DNA of 64,000 nucleotides from Plasmodiophora brassicae (Eukaryota): NCBI GenBank assembly GCA_036867785.1, contig CP145418.1, positions 1 to 64,000 of the forward strand, read 5' to 3'. Shown piece by piece: positions 24,152 to 33,828 of this stretch (position 1 is its first letter; each line of letters starts with the position of its first letter). The notes under the pieces were generated by a model. It saw only the letters and a program-made list of their open reading frames with translations, ran no database searches and was not told where the DNA came from. The position numbers and the translations under genes were made by a program.

Positions 24152-25851
24152 CGCCTGAACGGGCGCGTTGGCAAATGGCGCCTCAAATGGCGCCGACGAC
24201 AATAAAGTCCGAGACGACCGCGGACCGACGGCAGTCGGTCAACGCGTGAGTCAGTTGAACCTGACATTTAAAAGAGTGGTCCAGCTTCAGAACACGCCCA
24301 TCGACAGTCTGTTGCAGCCGGTCCATCAGCGGGCGGTGCTCAGACAGGTATTTGAGGTACACAGCTTCTAGGAAAGACGCCGAAGGAACGAAGCCATCGT
24401 AGCCGTTCGGGTCGTCGAAGGCCGAGAACTGTTGCGGCGAAATGGCTTGCTGCTTGGTAAAGGCATAGCCGAAACGATGCAGACAATGTTGGAGGGCACC
24501 AAAATATTGGATCTGCGTCCTCGTGTACCGCAGCGTATGCGTCTCCATGAGATGGCGGGCGAATCCAGCGATCGATACACCATGATCGACCAGCGACCTC
24601 ATTTCGTCGAGTACCGACTTGTCGATCCCGCTGCGGTGCGTAATGAAGGCAGGAAAAACGGTGCGAACGAACGACGGCAGACTGACCAAGAGCTCGGGGT
24701 CATGGCCACTGAACGTGGACGGAGTCAGACCACGTGCTTGGCAATTGCCGCATCGGTAACGGCGGGTGACAACGTAGTAGGAGCGATCACGCCCAACAAC
24801 GCGACGGCCCATGGTCCATCCCTTTCGCACGACATTGGGACGGCCGCGAATCTGCTTGTTGAAGCGTTCATGTCCACATCTCGGGCACTTTAACTGAAGA
24901 TCGCAGAACATGGTCTCGACGTCCCAGATGAATACAGGAACCAAATAGAACAAATCCAATGAGATGTCCTTAATGTTCTCCCGCACACATGGCACTGGTG
25001 GATGCACCCAGCACTGGCCGTGCTTAACACCCGCTAGCAAAGCGCTATCATCTCGCCGAAGGTCGTTGACAATGCACTCGAGATGGTTCCGCATGGCCGA
25101 CGATATACGCCGTGAACGATTCTGAACCGAAGGGCCTGCATCCACATGCCCACTGTCCTCGTCATCTTCATCTATATGCGCATGTGTGTAAGTGAGGGCC
25201 GCATGACAGCATTTGTCATCGACGATGCGCTCACCGGTTGTAATGCCGCCGTCGTCGGACTCATCGGTGGAGTCGGACGTTTCCAAAAGTGCATCTGACG
25301 CTTGTAGCTCGAACGGCAGTTCATTGGAGTCGGCGCCATGGTCAGCAGAGCCATCCCTCCCCGACCGACCAAAGCGTCGAAGGAACCGATCCAATGATCC
25401 GCTTCATGTAGTCAGCAATGGCATTGGCGGTACTCCCGAATGCACAGGTGAATTGCTCGACGGCGGCGACGATGCAGGGCTAGACGCCTCAGATGACATA
25501 ACCGGTGAATCGCGCGTCTGGGCAATCGCAGCAGCAGTACCGGGAAGACACCGTACAGCAGTGCCTTGTGTGTTGGTTGGGTGTACGTTGAACGCGTTGA
25601 CTATCGGTCATCTTGGTGAATGAAATTTATTTCCGCAGTCCGTACGGTGTAGCGGGTTGTGCCGCAGTTTCCTGCAAAACCAACAGCTCTCCCACCAGAG
25701 AATCCTACTGCGCCACGTCACGCTTCCGGCCGTCGTCGAGCCTGTCGCATAAAAACAACACTCCTCCTCGACAGCCGACGACGCCGATCTTCGTCCGGTG
25801 CGACTCGTGCTTGTCGCGCGGGATTGGCTTCGTCATCATGTCCGCCAGCAT

Positions 25852-26435
25852 TGTAGACCGGACCGCCCAACTAGGCCACGAGAGCAGCTGCTCCCGTGGC
25901 CTAGTTGGCGGTCCGGTCTACAAAACATCTCACCGGGGAAGCTCGAGCCCCCCGACGATCGAGCGATGTCCGCCGCCTACCCGTGTAGACGACTCGCAGA
26001 CCTGCTCTCGTGCCTGGCGCGTCCGTACTATCTACCATCCTCCCCAAAACTCTCCGTCCACGGCGGACTTCGAGGAGGCTCGAACTCCCGTCGGTGAGAT
26101 GTTTTGTAGACCGGACCGCCAACTAGGCCACGAGAGCAGCTGCTCTCGTGGCCTAGTTGGCGGTCCGGTCTACAAAACATCTCACCGACGGGAGTTCGAG
26201 CCTCCCCGCAGTCCGCAGTGGACGACGACGTTTTGGGGAGGATGTGTAGATACGTTACGTACGGATGCGCCGGTCACGAGAGTAGGTCTGCGAGTCGCTT
26301 GCAACGGTAGGCGGCGGACATCGCTCGATCATCGGGAGGCTTGAGCTTCTCCGGTGAGATGTTTTGTAGACCAGACCGCCCAACTAGGCCACGGGAGCAG
26401 CTGCTCCCGTGGCCTAGTTGGCGGTCCGGTCTACA
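25852..26435. mobile_element. 584-bp composite palindromic element (hairpin - arm - hairpin - inverted arm - hairpin)
   Basis: Hairpins at 25852-25922, 26105-26174 and 26365-26435; arms bounded by AAAACATCTCACCG/CGGTGAGATGTTTT and inverted relative to each other; 4-bp TSD GCAT. Confidence 0.88.
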
Positions 26436-29400
26436 GCATCTCTTCCGTCGGAACATATTCGAATTTGAGGATCTCGTCTCTCACCAGTTCGCGTAGGTAA
26501 TGGTAGCGGACGTCAATGTGCTTGGTCCGCCGACTCGAGGTAGGGGATGCGATCATCGCCAGGCATCCCTGGTTGTCCTCGTAGACGGTCAACGGTCCAT
26601 CCCCCATGGTGAACCCCGGCAGCTCATGGAGTACCCTTTTGAGCCACACCGCCACTTTTGCTGCTTCAGAAGCCGCCACGTACTCGGCCTCGGTCGACGA
26701 CAGTGCGATGCACTTCTGGCGTCTTGAAAAGTACGCCACCGCTCCTCCGTTCAGCAGCATGAGCATGCCCGAGACCGACCTGCGATCGTCAGGGTCTTGC
26801 GCCCACGTCGCGTCCACATACACCCGTAGACCGTTCTCTCTTCCGAACACGATCCCGTGCTCGATCGTCCCCTTGACGTACCGAAGAATGCGCTTCACAG
26901 CGGTTACGTGTTCTGCAGTCGGGCATTCGACAAACCGAGCGACAGCGCTGACCGCCTCCATGATGTCCGGCCGCGTCATCACCGCCAAATACATCAGAGT
27001 TCCGACCGCCTCACGGTACGGGAACCCGCTGTCGACCGCTGGCCCCTTCTTCAGCTGCATCGAGGTCGAGCTTGGAGTAGCGACCGGTTTAGCATCGTGC
27101 AGGTTGAAGCGCTCCACCGCTCGCCTCGCGTATGCCTCCTGGCTCAGTGCCAACGTCCTTCGCTTCCGATTTCGCTCGATCTTGCAACCTAGTAGGAAGT
27201 TGACCTCACCTAGATCCTTGACGGGAAACTCCCTTTCCAGCGCCCGCTTCAGATCTTCGTACATCGGTCTTACCGTCGTCGCCACGCACAGGTCGTCGAT
27301 ATGGATTGTGCACACCAGATAGTTGCCCTTGTGCACACGGTAGAACACGCACGGGTCCTCCCTGCTGAAGGTGTACCCCGCCTTCGTCAGGACATCCCGA
27401 ATCTTTCGATCAAGCTCGAACGCCGCCTGCTTGAGCCCGTACAGCGCCTTTTGTAGCCTCCCGCAATGTGTCTTCCGGCTTGTCTCTTCTGGGAAGATAT
27501 ACCCTTCTGGCAATTCAATGTAGAGCTCCTCGCGCACGTCTTGATGTTGGAAACTCGTTTCAATGTCGAGCTGATAGATCTCTAGGTCGTTCACGGCAGC
27601 CATTGACAACAGAGCCCTCTGCATCGTCGTAGATGCCACCGGCGCGTACGTGTCCATGAAATCCGTCCCCGGGACCTGAGTGAACCCCCGTGCGACGTAA
27701 CGAGCCTTGTACCGCGATGGGTTGCCGTCCTGGTCCCTCTTGACTTTGAACACCCAGCGGCCGTCGATGACCTTTCGATCAGCTGGTCTTGGGCACAGCT
27801 CCCAGGTCTGGTTCTTGTTCAGAGATCGCAGCTCGTCATCGATCGCGACTTGCCACTCTTGTGCATTCGCCGACTCTAGCGCCTCCCGCCTCGTTCTCGG
27901 ATCTCCTTGGGCCGTCAGGAGTATTTCCTCGACCGCCATCCCGGCATACTCGTCGAGCCCATACCGGACAGGCGCCTTCCGTTCTCGTTCCGAACGTCGT
28001 TCCTGGGTCTCCTCCTGCTCCTCACCACCGGCGTCATCCTGATCATCCTCCGATTCCGACATCAGATCTGGAACTTCGTCATCATCATCGCCGCCGAATT
28101 GGTCTTCGTAGAACACGACGTCTCTTGTTATAGCGACCTTGGACAGCACTGGGTCGTAGACTCGGTACCCTTTTGTCGCTTCCGGGTATCCGACGAAGAT
28201 GCCTCTGCGCGCCTTCGAATCCAGCTTTCTGGCCTTGTCGTCCTTATACATGGCCCTGCAACCCCACGTCCGCAGGTGTGCCACGTCCGGCTTGGCATTG
28301 TGCACCTTCTCGTACGGGGTCACTCCGACGTCCAGAGCCCTGCTGCTGCTGCGGTTCCGTAAGTAACACGACGTGTTCACCGCTTCAGCCCACCACGACT
28401 TGGCCATGCTTGCGTGGTGAAGGATCGTCCTTGCCATCTCCAGCAGCGTTCGTCCCATCCGTTCTGCGACGCAGTTCTGCGCCTGTCTGCGCGGGATGCT
28501 CTTCTCGTGCTTGATTCCGGCGCTGCGAAGGTAGTCCTCGAACTCCTTGCTTGTGTACTCACCACCGTTGTCGCTTCGTAGGCACTTGACGCGGTGGTCA
28601 TACTGCGTCTCCATGTACACCTTGTACTCTTTGAACTTGCCGAACACCTCCGACTTCTTCCGTAGGAAAAACACTGTCGTATATCGCGACCAGTCATCGA
28701 CGAATGTCAGGACATACCTCTTTCCGCTCTTGGATTCGACAGGCATCGGACCGATAACGTCCGAGTGTACCAACGCGTTGATCTGAGTCGCCCGCCTTGT
28801 TGCATGATCCGGCATCGGAAGCTTCGCCGCCTTGCCTTGCTGGCACGACTCGCACGCGCTCGGATCGTCGTCCTTGATGCTCATGCCTTGAACCGTCTTG
28901 TTCTGGGCATCCTCCCGCAACGTCGCGAAGTTCACGTGGCCCCGCCTTGCGTGCCACACCTCCGTCGACACGACTGCCACCTTCGCCGACTCCAGGACCG
29001 GCAATTTGATCTGGTAGAGCTTGCCCAGCCGCTTCCCGATGTCGATGACATCTCCTTTCAGCTTCATCCGGCAGTGATCCTTCGTGAACACAACCCCCTC
29101 AGCGCCCGCATCGCAAGCAGCACTGATTGAGAACAGTCCAGTCTTGACGTGCGGCACATACAGCACTTTCGTCAACTTGATCATCGATCCGTTCAGTGCC
29201 TGAACGTGGATCTTGCCCTTGCCCATTGCTTTGATCTTCCTTTCATCGCCCAGACTGATCTCGACGGGAACCGCCAGCTCCTCGTAGTCCTGGAACCGCG
29301 TCTTGTCGCCGCACATGTGACTCGACGCACCTGAGTCCGCCCAGAGATAGTCCTTGTGTTGATCTTCCTCGAAGCTCGCCCTTGCTGCCTTGAGATGCTC

Positions 29401-30414
29401 CTTCTCGTTCTCCGACCGCGTGTCGGGAACCTCTCCATCGTCCTCCGAGTCGTCCGTGATCAGACCGGGGACATCCTCGTCGTCCAACTCCGTGTTGACG
29501 ACATGTTCTGCGCAGCCCGCCTTGGCTGCTTTCAGGTGCTCCTCCTCGTTCTCCGACTCCGCGCCGGGAACTTCTCCATCGTCCTCCGAGTCGTCCGTGA
29601 TCAGACCGGGGACATCCTCGTCGTCCAACACCGTGTTGACGACATCGCTGGATTCCTCCAGCACGAAAGCTGTCAGCAGGAACTCCTTCTCCTGCTTCGC
29701 CTTCTTAGCAGACTCCTTGGCTTTGCTTCGGCAGTCTTTCGCTAGATGGCCTTGCTTTCCACACTCAAAACACTTTCGTGTTTCCTTGCTCTTCTCCTTC
29801 TTCTTGCGCGACTCCGTCCGGTCGCCAGTGAAGAGAGCTGATTCACCTTCGCCGTGTCCGCCACCTTGCTTGGGTCGGATCCTGGCGTCCTCCAGGAGGA
29901 GATCGCTGCAGATCGCCTCCACCGTTAGGTTCGCCGTTCGCAGCAGAACCGTGACGACAACCTGTAGGTGCTGCGCAGTCACGTTCGTTAGCAGCACCTT
30001 CACGAACTCACCATCCGACATCGTTCCCCCAGCCGCCTTGAGCTTGAACAGCTTCGTCTTCATGGTCGATAGGTACTCCTCCAGGCTGCCTTTTCCTTTG
30101 TAGTCGGCACCACGTAGATCCCTTTCAATCGCGACCGCGTGTGCCGTACTGGAGGTAGCGTACTGGTTCTTCAGGATTCTCCAAGCGTCGAACACCGTCT
30201 CGGTTGCCATGATATGAACCATGACACTGGGTTCCACTGCTGCAACGAGCTGAGCGTAAACCTCGTCTTCCTGATCCGACTCGGTCTTGCACGTGATCAG
30301 CGCGCCCGCCTTCCGTCCGCGCAGGAACGCCTTGAACGCGAACGCCCACGTGGGATAGTTGTCCGCGCCCTTGAGCTTCTCCCCCTTGTAGCTTGTCTTT
30401 GAGACATGGGCCAT
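26431..30414 (-). CDS. Copia B gag-pol polyprotein, RNase H tail cut off by an insertion (remainder LADMMTKP... at 25851-25761)
   Basis: CFECGKQGHLAKDC, WADSGAS, VHSDV, SDNGGEY, HIDD, YEDNQG; 141-bp internal duplication at ~29380-29645. Confidence 0.93.
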   Translation of the reverse strand: MAHVSKTSYKGEKLKGADNYPTWAFAFKAFLRGRKAGALITCKTESDQEDEVYAQLVAAVEPSVMVHIMATETVFDAWRILKNQYATSSTAHAVAIERDLRGADYKGKGSLEEYLSTMKTKLFKLKAAGGTMSDGEFVKVLLTNVTAQHLQVVVTVLLRTANLTVEAICSDLLLEDARIRPKQGGGHGEGESALFTGDRTESRKKKEKSKETRKCFECGKQGHLAKDCRSKAKESAKKAKQEKEFLLTAFVLEESSDVVNTVLDDEDVPGLITDDSEDDGEVPGAESENEEEHLKAAKAGCAEHVVNTELDDEDVPGLITDDSEDDGEVPDTRSENEKEHLKAARASFEEDQHKDYLWADSGASSHMCGDKTRFQDYEELAVPVEISLGDERKIKAMGKGKIHVQALNGSMIKLTKVLYVPHVKTGLFSISAACDAGAEGVVFTKDHCRMKLKGDVIDIGKRLGKLYQIKLPVLESAKVAVVSTEVWHARRGHVNFATLREDAQNKTVQGMSIKDDDPSACESCQQGKAAKLPMPDHATRRATQINALVHSDVIGPMPVESKSGKRYVLTFVDDWSRYTTVFFLRKKSEVFGKFKEYKVYMETQYDHRVKCLRSDNGGEYTSKEFEDYLRSAGIKHEKSIPRRQAQNCVAERMGRTLLEMARTILHHASMAKSWWAEAVNTSCYLRNRSSSRALDVGVTPYEKVHNAKPDVAHLRTWGCRAMYKDDKARKLDSKARRGIFVGYPEATKGYRVYDPVLSKVAITRDVVFYEDQFGGDDDDEVPDLMSESEDDQDDAGGEEQEETQERRSERERKAPVRYGLDEYAGMAVEEILLTAQGDPRTRREALESANAQEWQVAIDDELRSLNKNQTWELCPRPADRKVIDGRWVFKVKRDQDGNPSRYKARYVARGFTQVPGTDFMDTYAPVASTTMQRALLSMAAVNDLEIYQLDIETSFQHQDVREELYIELPEGYIFPEETSRKTHCGRLQKALYGLKQAAFELDRKIRDVLTKAGYTFSREDPCVFYRVHKGNYLVCTIHIDDLCVATTVRPMYEDLKRALEREFPVKDLGEVNFLLGCKIERNRKRRTLALSQEAYARRAVERFNLHDAKPVATPSSTSMQLKKGPAVDSGFPYREAVGTLMYLAVMTRPDIMEAVSAVARFVECPTAEHVTAVKRILRYVKGTIEHGIVFGRENGLRVYVDATWAQDPDDRRSVSGMLMLLNGGAVAYFSRRQKCIALSSTEAEYVAASEAAKVAVWLKRVLHELPGFTMGDGPLTVYEDNQGCLAMIASPTSSRRTKHIDVRYHYLRELVRDEILKFEYVPTEEML

Positions 30415-31117
30415 AACCTGTTGGTTGGCTGTACGTTGAACGCGTTGACTATCGGTCATCTTGGTGAATGAAATTTATTTCCGCAGTCCGTACGGTGTAG
30501 CGGGTTGTGCCGCAGTTTCCTGCAAAACCAACAGCTCTCCCACCAGAGAATCCTACTGCGCCACGTCACGCTTCCGGCCGTCGTCGAGCCTGTCGCATAA
30601 AAACAACATTGTGCAGTCGCCATACGAAGAGCGGCGGACGTCGAATCCTCAAGTGCTCGAAGAAGAGCGTTGTTGGTGGCCGGCTGGGCCGCTAGGGTCG
30701 ATGACGATGTCGGCAGTGATGCTACATCTGGCCGAGAACTGGACGAAACCGGTGGAATCACGACAGCACTGTCGTTGGCTGGTGTGACCGGTTCTGACGA
30801 TGGCAGTGCAGGCAATGCGAGAGCTCGGGCATCTCGATCAGGACTGGAAGACACCGCGCGTGTTGCTGATCCAAGAAAATGATGCATGGACGTCTGCCGG
30901 CCGCCAGTCGGCGCTGGCGACAGCGCCCTCGTTCGCTTGCGCCCTGCGCCTGGACGCGCTCCTCCCCTGGGCATGATCGACTACACAATGACACCCCAGA
31001 GTCAGCCCTGCGGACCAAGGAGCCCTCGTCCAACAAAAAACAACAACATAAAACGTCAAGCAATCGCTGCAATCCTCGTAAAACGTTGGTATCGAAAAAA
31101 CAGCCATTCTCCACGGA

Positions 31118-31258
31118 GTCCGAGTCAAGGATGACTGTCAGTCCGAGTCAAGAGCGACTCGCGTCCGAGTCAAGCTCTGACTGGGCGAGTCGGTCCACGC
31201 ACCGCGTGGCTGCCCAAGCTCTGACTGGGCGAGTCGGTCCACGCACCGCGTGGCTGCC
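31118..31258. repeat. Zisupton right-end repeats: GTCCGAGTCAAG x3 and a tandem 44-bp terminal duplication
   Basis: 31171-31214 is identical to 31215-31258. Confidence 0.85.
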
Positions 31259-31378
31259 AGGATGGTTGGAGGGTCAGACCGCCAGGCCTATGTACATATA
31301 GCCGGGCGGTGCAAGCAAACCGCCAGGAACGCATTGCCCGCTGGGAACGCAGGTAGGGGCCGGAACGAATCATCCAAT

Positions 31379-33584
31379 TTATTGGGCCGGCTCCACACAA
31401 CCGCACCCCTTCGAAAAGCGGGAGTGTGCGAAGTTGGCCCCCCACTTGTCGACGAATTCGGGCAACGACGAGGCGCAGTGCTCGCGGTAGCACCGCAGTA
31501 CTGGCGTCACGACCTGATTGACGAACGTGCGGGCACGCTCGGTCAGGTCTTTCTTGCTGGCCGGCAGCGACGCCTCGATGGATAGAAGGAGTTGCATCTT
31601 GTCCTCCGACGACGAAAGTGTTGCCAGCGTCGAACGCTCAGCGAGGTCGACATGACCGCCTCGCCTAGCGGCGCATCCACGATTCTCATCGTTCGGGTCG
31701 GGGTGCGGCAGCGGCGGCGCAGGTGCCGACGTCATCGGCGGTTGAACTGGATCATGATCACGGGGAACCGGCGGCTGGATAGGCTGGATGGGCGCCTGCA
31801 GAGACGTCGTCGTAGTGTTCTCGAGTCGCTGGAGAACGACCTGGTTCACCAGCGAGATCATCGTCTGCGCCAGATCATGGGGAACATGCGCCTGCAGTAG
31901 TTGTTCCAGTTGCTGGAACGCCGGCGTTACTGGCATATCGCGCTCTGCCAGCGAAACGAACTGCATCAGGGACACGGACGCCGGATCGACCCGGAGCTGT
32001 GTCGCGACGTACGTCGATGCCAACCCGGGTATCGAGCTCGACTGCGGCGGGCACCTGCTATCGAGAGCGATCCGCGCGCCGAGCGTTGCGCAGATTCTCC
32101 AGGAAGATCGGCTCCCACTTGGGCGTCAACGCCAGCACGTGGCTGTTCGTCCTGCGCGCCCGGGCCAGCAGGGCTTTCGAATCGCGGTAATACAATTCCG
32201 CGTTCTTGAGCGTCTTGTGGTGCGCCGCTTGCCTGATGTGATCGAGGTCGCCACCACCCCAGATGGCGAACAGGTACGCCGTCTTGCGGATCGAGTGCGG
32301 GCCGTACCGGTGCATCGTGTCGTCGCCGACGACAGGCCTGCAAACACGAACGAACTCGGCGTTGAACTCGTCGTAGGACAATCCATCCGGGAACGCTTCG
32401 AACGTAGCGGCGCCTCGGTCGATCGCGTCAAGGTGTTGCTTCGTGCCGAAGACCAACCCGGACTTGATGCGTGTCCGAGACACCAACGTGAACAACGCCC
32501 GGATGGGGCATAGCTTCGGGTGCGAATCAAGCCGGTACAAAACCAGATTGACGGGACCCTCGGCCTTGGCCCTCTCCGACTTGCCGCAGACCTGCACGAC
32601 GAGCTGATCGACGCGGTCCAGGTCGTCCTTGGCCGTCATCTCGAGCAAGAAATCTTCAAGCGCGATGTCGACGATCTCGTCGGCCCGCAGGAACAGGTGG
32701 ACGCCGATCAGGATCGACACCCAGGTGGAATAATCTCGGAGGGAGCCAGTCGCAACGAGCTGCCGCCTGATCTCCAGCACCTGGTCAGGCAGCAGAGCGA
32801 AGTTACCCTCTGCCTTGTACCCTTGCGTCTCGCGTTTCATCCACTGTTTCGTGTCGACCGCAACTTGGCTCAGCACAGGATTGCCGCGCCGCCACAGACG
32901 TGGCTGTCCGACGTGATGAAAGCAGCCGAAAGACTGAGTCGATCTCGAGAACGTCGCCCAGCACGTGTCGCAAGAATCGTCATGCTGTCCAGCATGCCGG
33001 CCGCAGGCACTCGCTTGACGCGCCGCCTGGAACGCGTCCCAGCAGGCGTTGCACGCGTCTTCAAAGTTGCCACGTTGATCGCGCGCCGCATGCACCGCCG
33101 TAACAGCCGACTCGAACTGCTCCACGTTGCCAGGGCCATTCCACCCGCCTTGGCAGACGACAGGCTGCCCACGCCGATCCAGGACGGGCACGCCCGAGGC
33201 ATCGACAAGCGGCGTCCCCTGGACGCCCCTCTTGAACCAAACGAAGTTCGATAAGGTCTTCGCACTCATTGACGGGCAGTGGTCAGATGGCGCATCGTCC
33301 TGCAGGACAAGCAGGCTGTCGTAGTCACCGACCAGGCAACAGTAGTACCTTAGTCCACGTATGTGCTTGCCGTAGGCATGCACCGAGTTCTTGGCCAGGG
33401 GCTTGCTCCCGGTGACAGGGCGGCTCGCTCCTTCCGACACGCGCAGGCGGCGACGAACCAAGCCCAAACCGACAACGGCGTCCGCCCATAACTCGGCGGG
33501 GACATGGTACTTGGCCCGGTTGCTGACACGGAACTGGGCCGCTGTGCGCGTTCGTTGCCCTCCAGACGATCGTGATCGACCCAT
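31379..33584 (-). CDS. Tyrosine recombinase YR1 (~735 codons; one frameshift near 32075)
   Basis: Catalytic set LFLRADE, CGKSE, HSIRK, AHHK, AELYY; C-terminal domain in ORF 31379-32023 is homologous to the YR2 C-terminus. Confidence 0.85.
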
Positions 33585-33828
33585 GACGTCGTCGACAATG
33601 CGGTGTGGAAACCTGCGTGGGGATGCGTCGGCGGTGCTCTTGGTAGTACCGGGAGGGGGTGGCGGCGCCGTCTGGTAGGATCCGTGAGTGCGGTAGGATC
33701 CGTGGTAGGACCCTGGTAGGACCGTTGGTAGGGACGATACACGGCGTATTTTGAGGTAGTATATAGTTATAAATACACTTTATTATCCTGACAAATAATC
33801 TATAGGAAAGACGTTATCCGGTAGCAAA
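33585..33828. promoter_or_regulatory. Putative bidirectional promoter between YR1 and YR2
   Basis: 244-bp head-to-head spacer with five GGTAGG-core repeats (33674-33735) and an AT-rich TATA-like tract (~33760-33785). Confidence 0.5.

Larger units (their letters stand above)
18602..24266 (+). mobile_element. Ty3/gypsy chromovirus LTR retrotransposon
   Basis: Identical 120-bp TG..CA LTRs (18602-18721, 24147-24266); 5-bp TSD TTTAA; PR-RT-RH-IN-chromodomain order. Confidence 0.97.
25571..30608 (-). mobile_element. Ty1/copia LTR retrotransposon B
   Basis: 190-bp LTRs (25571-25760, 30419-30608) differing by one base; TSD TTGTG; PPT CGAGGAGGAG; PBS GGTTATGGCCCA (half tRNA-iMet type). Confidence 0.96.
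8604..30974 (-). pseudogene. Zisupton/KDZ-like transposase with inserted DEDD 3'-5' exonuclease, ~1,590 codons reconstructed; segments 30974-30609, 25565-24267, 18596-15624, 8881-8604
   Basis: Segments rejoin in frame across the TSDs (MATAQ|GTAV, LDHSFK|VPKLL, LASP|TGAS). Motifs CPRC, CGNC, KLDHSFK, VNEFEE, SDRCC, KDIWH, RGTNSLEG; exonuclease VVGFDTE...YACRDAY. Intron 16648-16712; in-frame stops at 25404-25406 and 17790-17792. Confidence 0.85.
8339..31258 (-). mobile_element. Zisupton/KDZ-like DNA transposon (~5.4 kb without nested inserts)
   Basis: 8-bp TSD AGGATGGT (8331-8338, 31259-31266); imperfect TIRs GGC...TGGACCGACTCG; transposase on the minus strand. Confidence 0.88.

Noticed and set aside
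17790-25406. Stop-codon readthrough or a variant genetic code in the Zisupton ORF
   Set aside because: The two isolated stops (one TAG, one TGA) lie in an element already disrupted by insertions, and host genes use all three stops normally.
25852-26435. CRISPR-like array (three repeats with spacers)
   Set aside because: Repeats are ~71 bp, the 'spacers' are ~185 bp and inverted copies of each other, a TSD is present, the context is eukaryotic and there are no cas genes.
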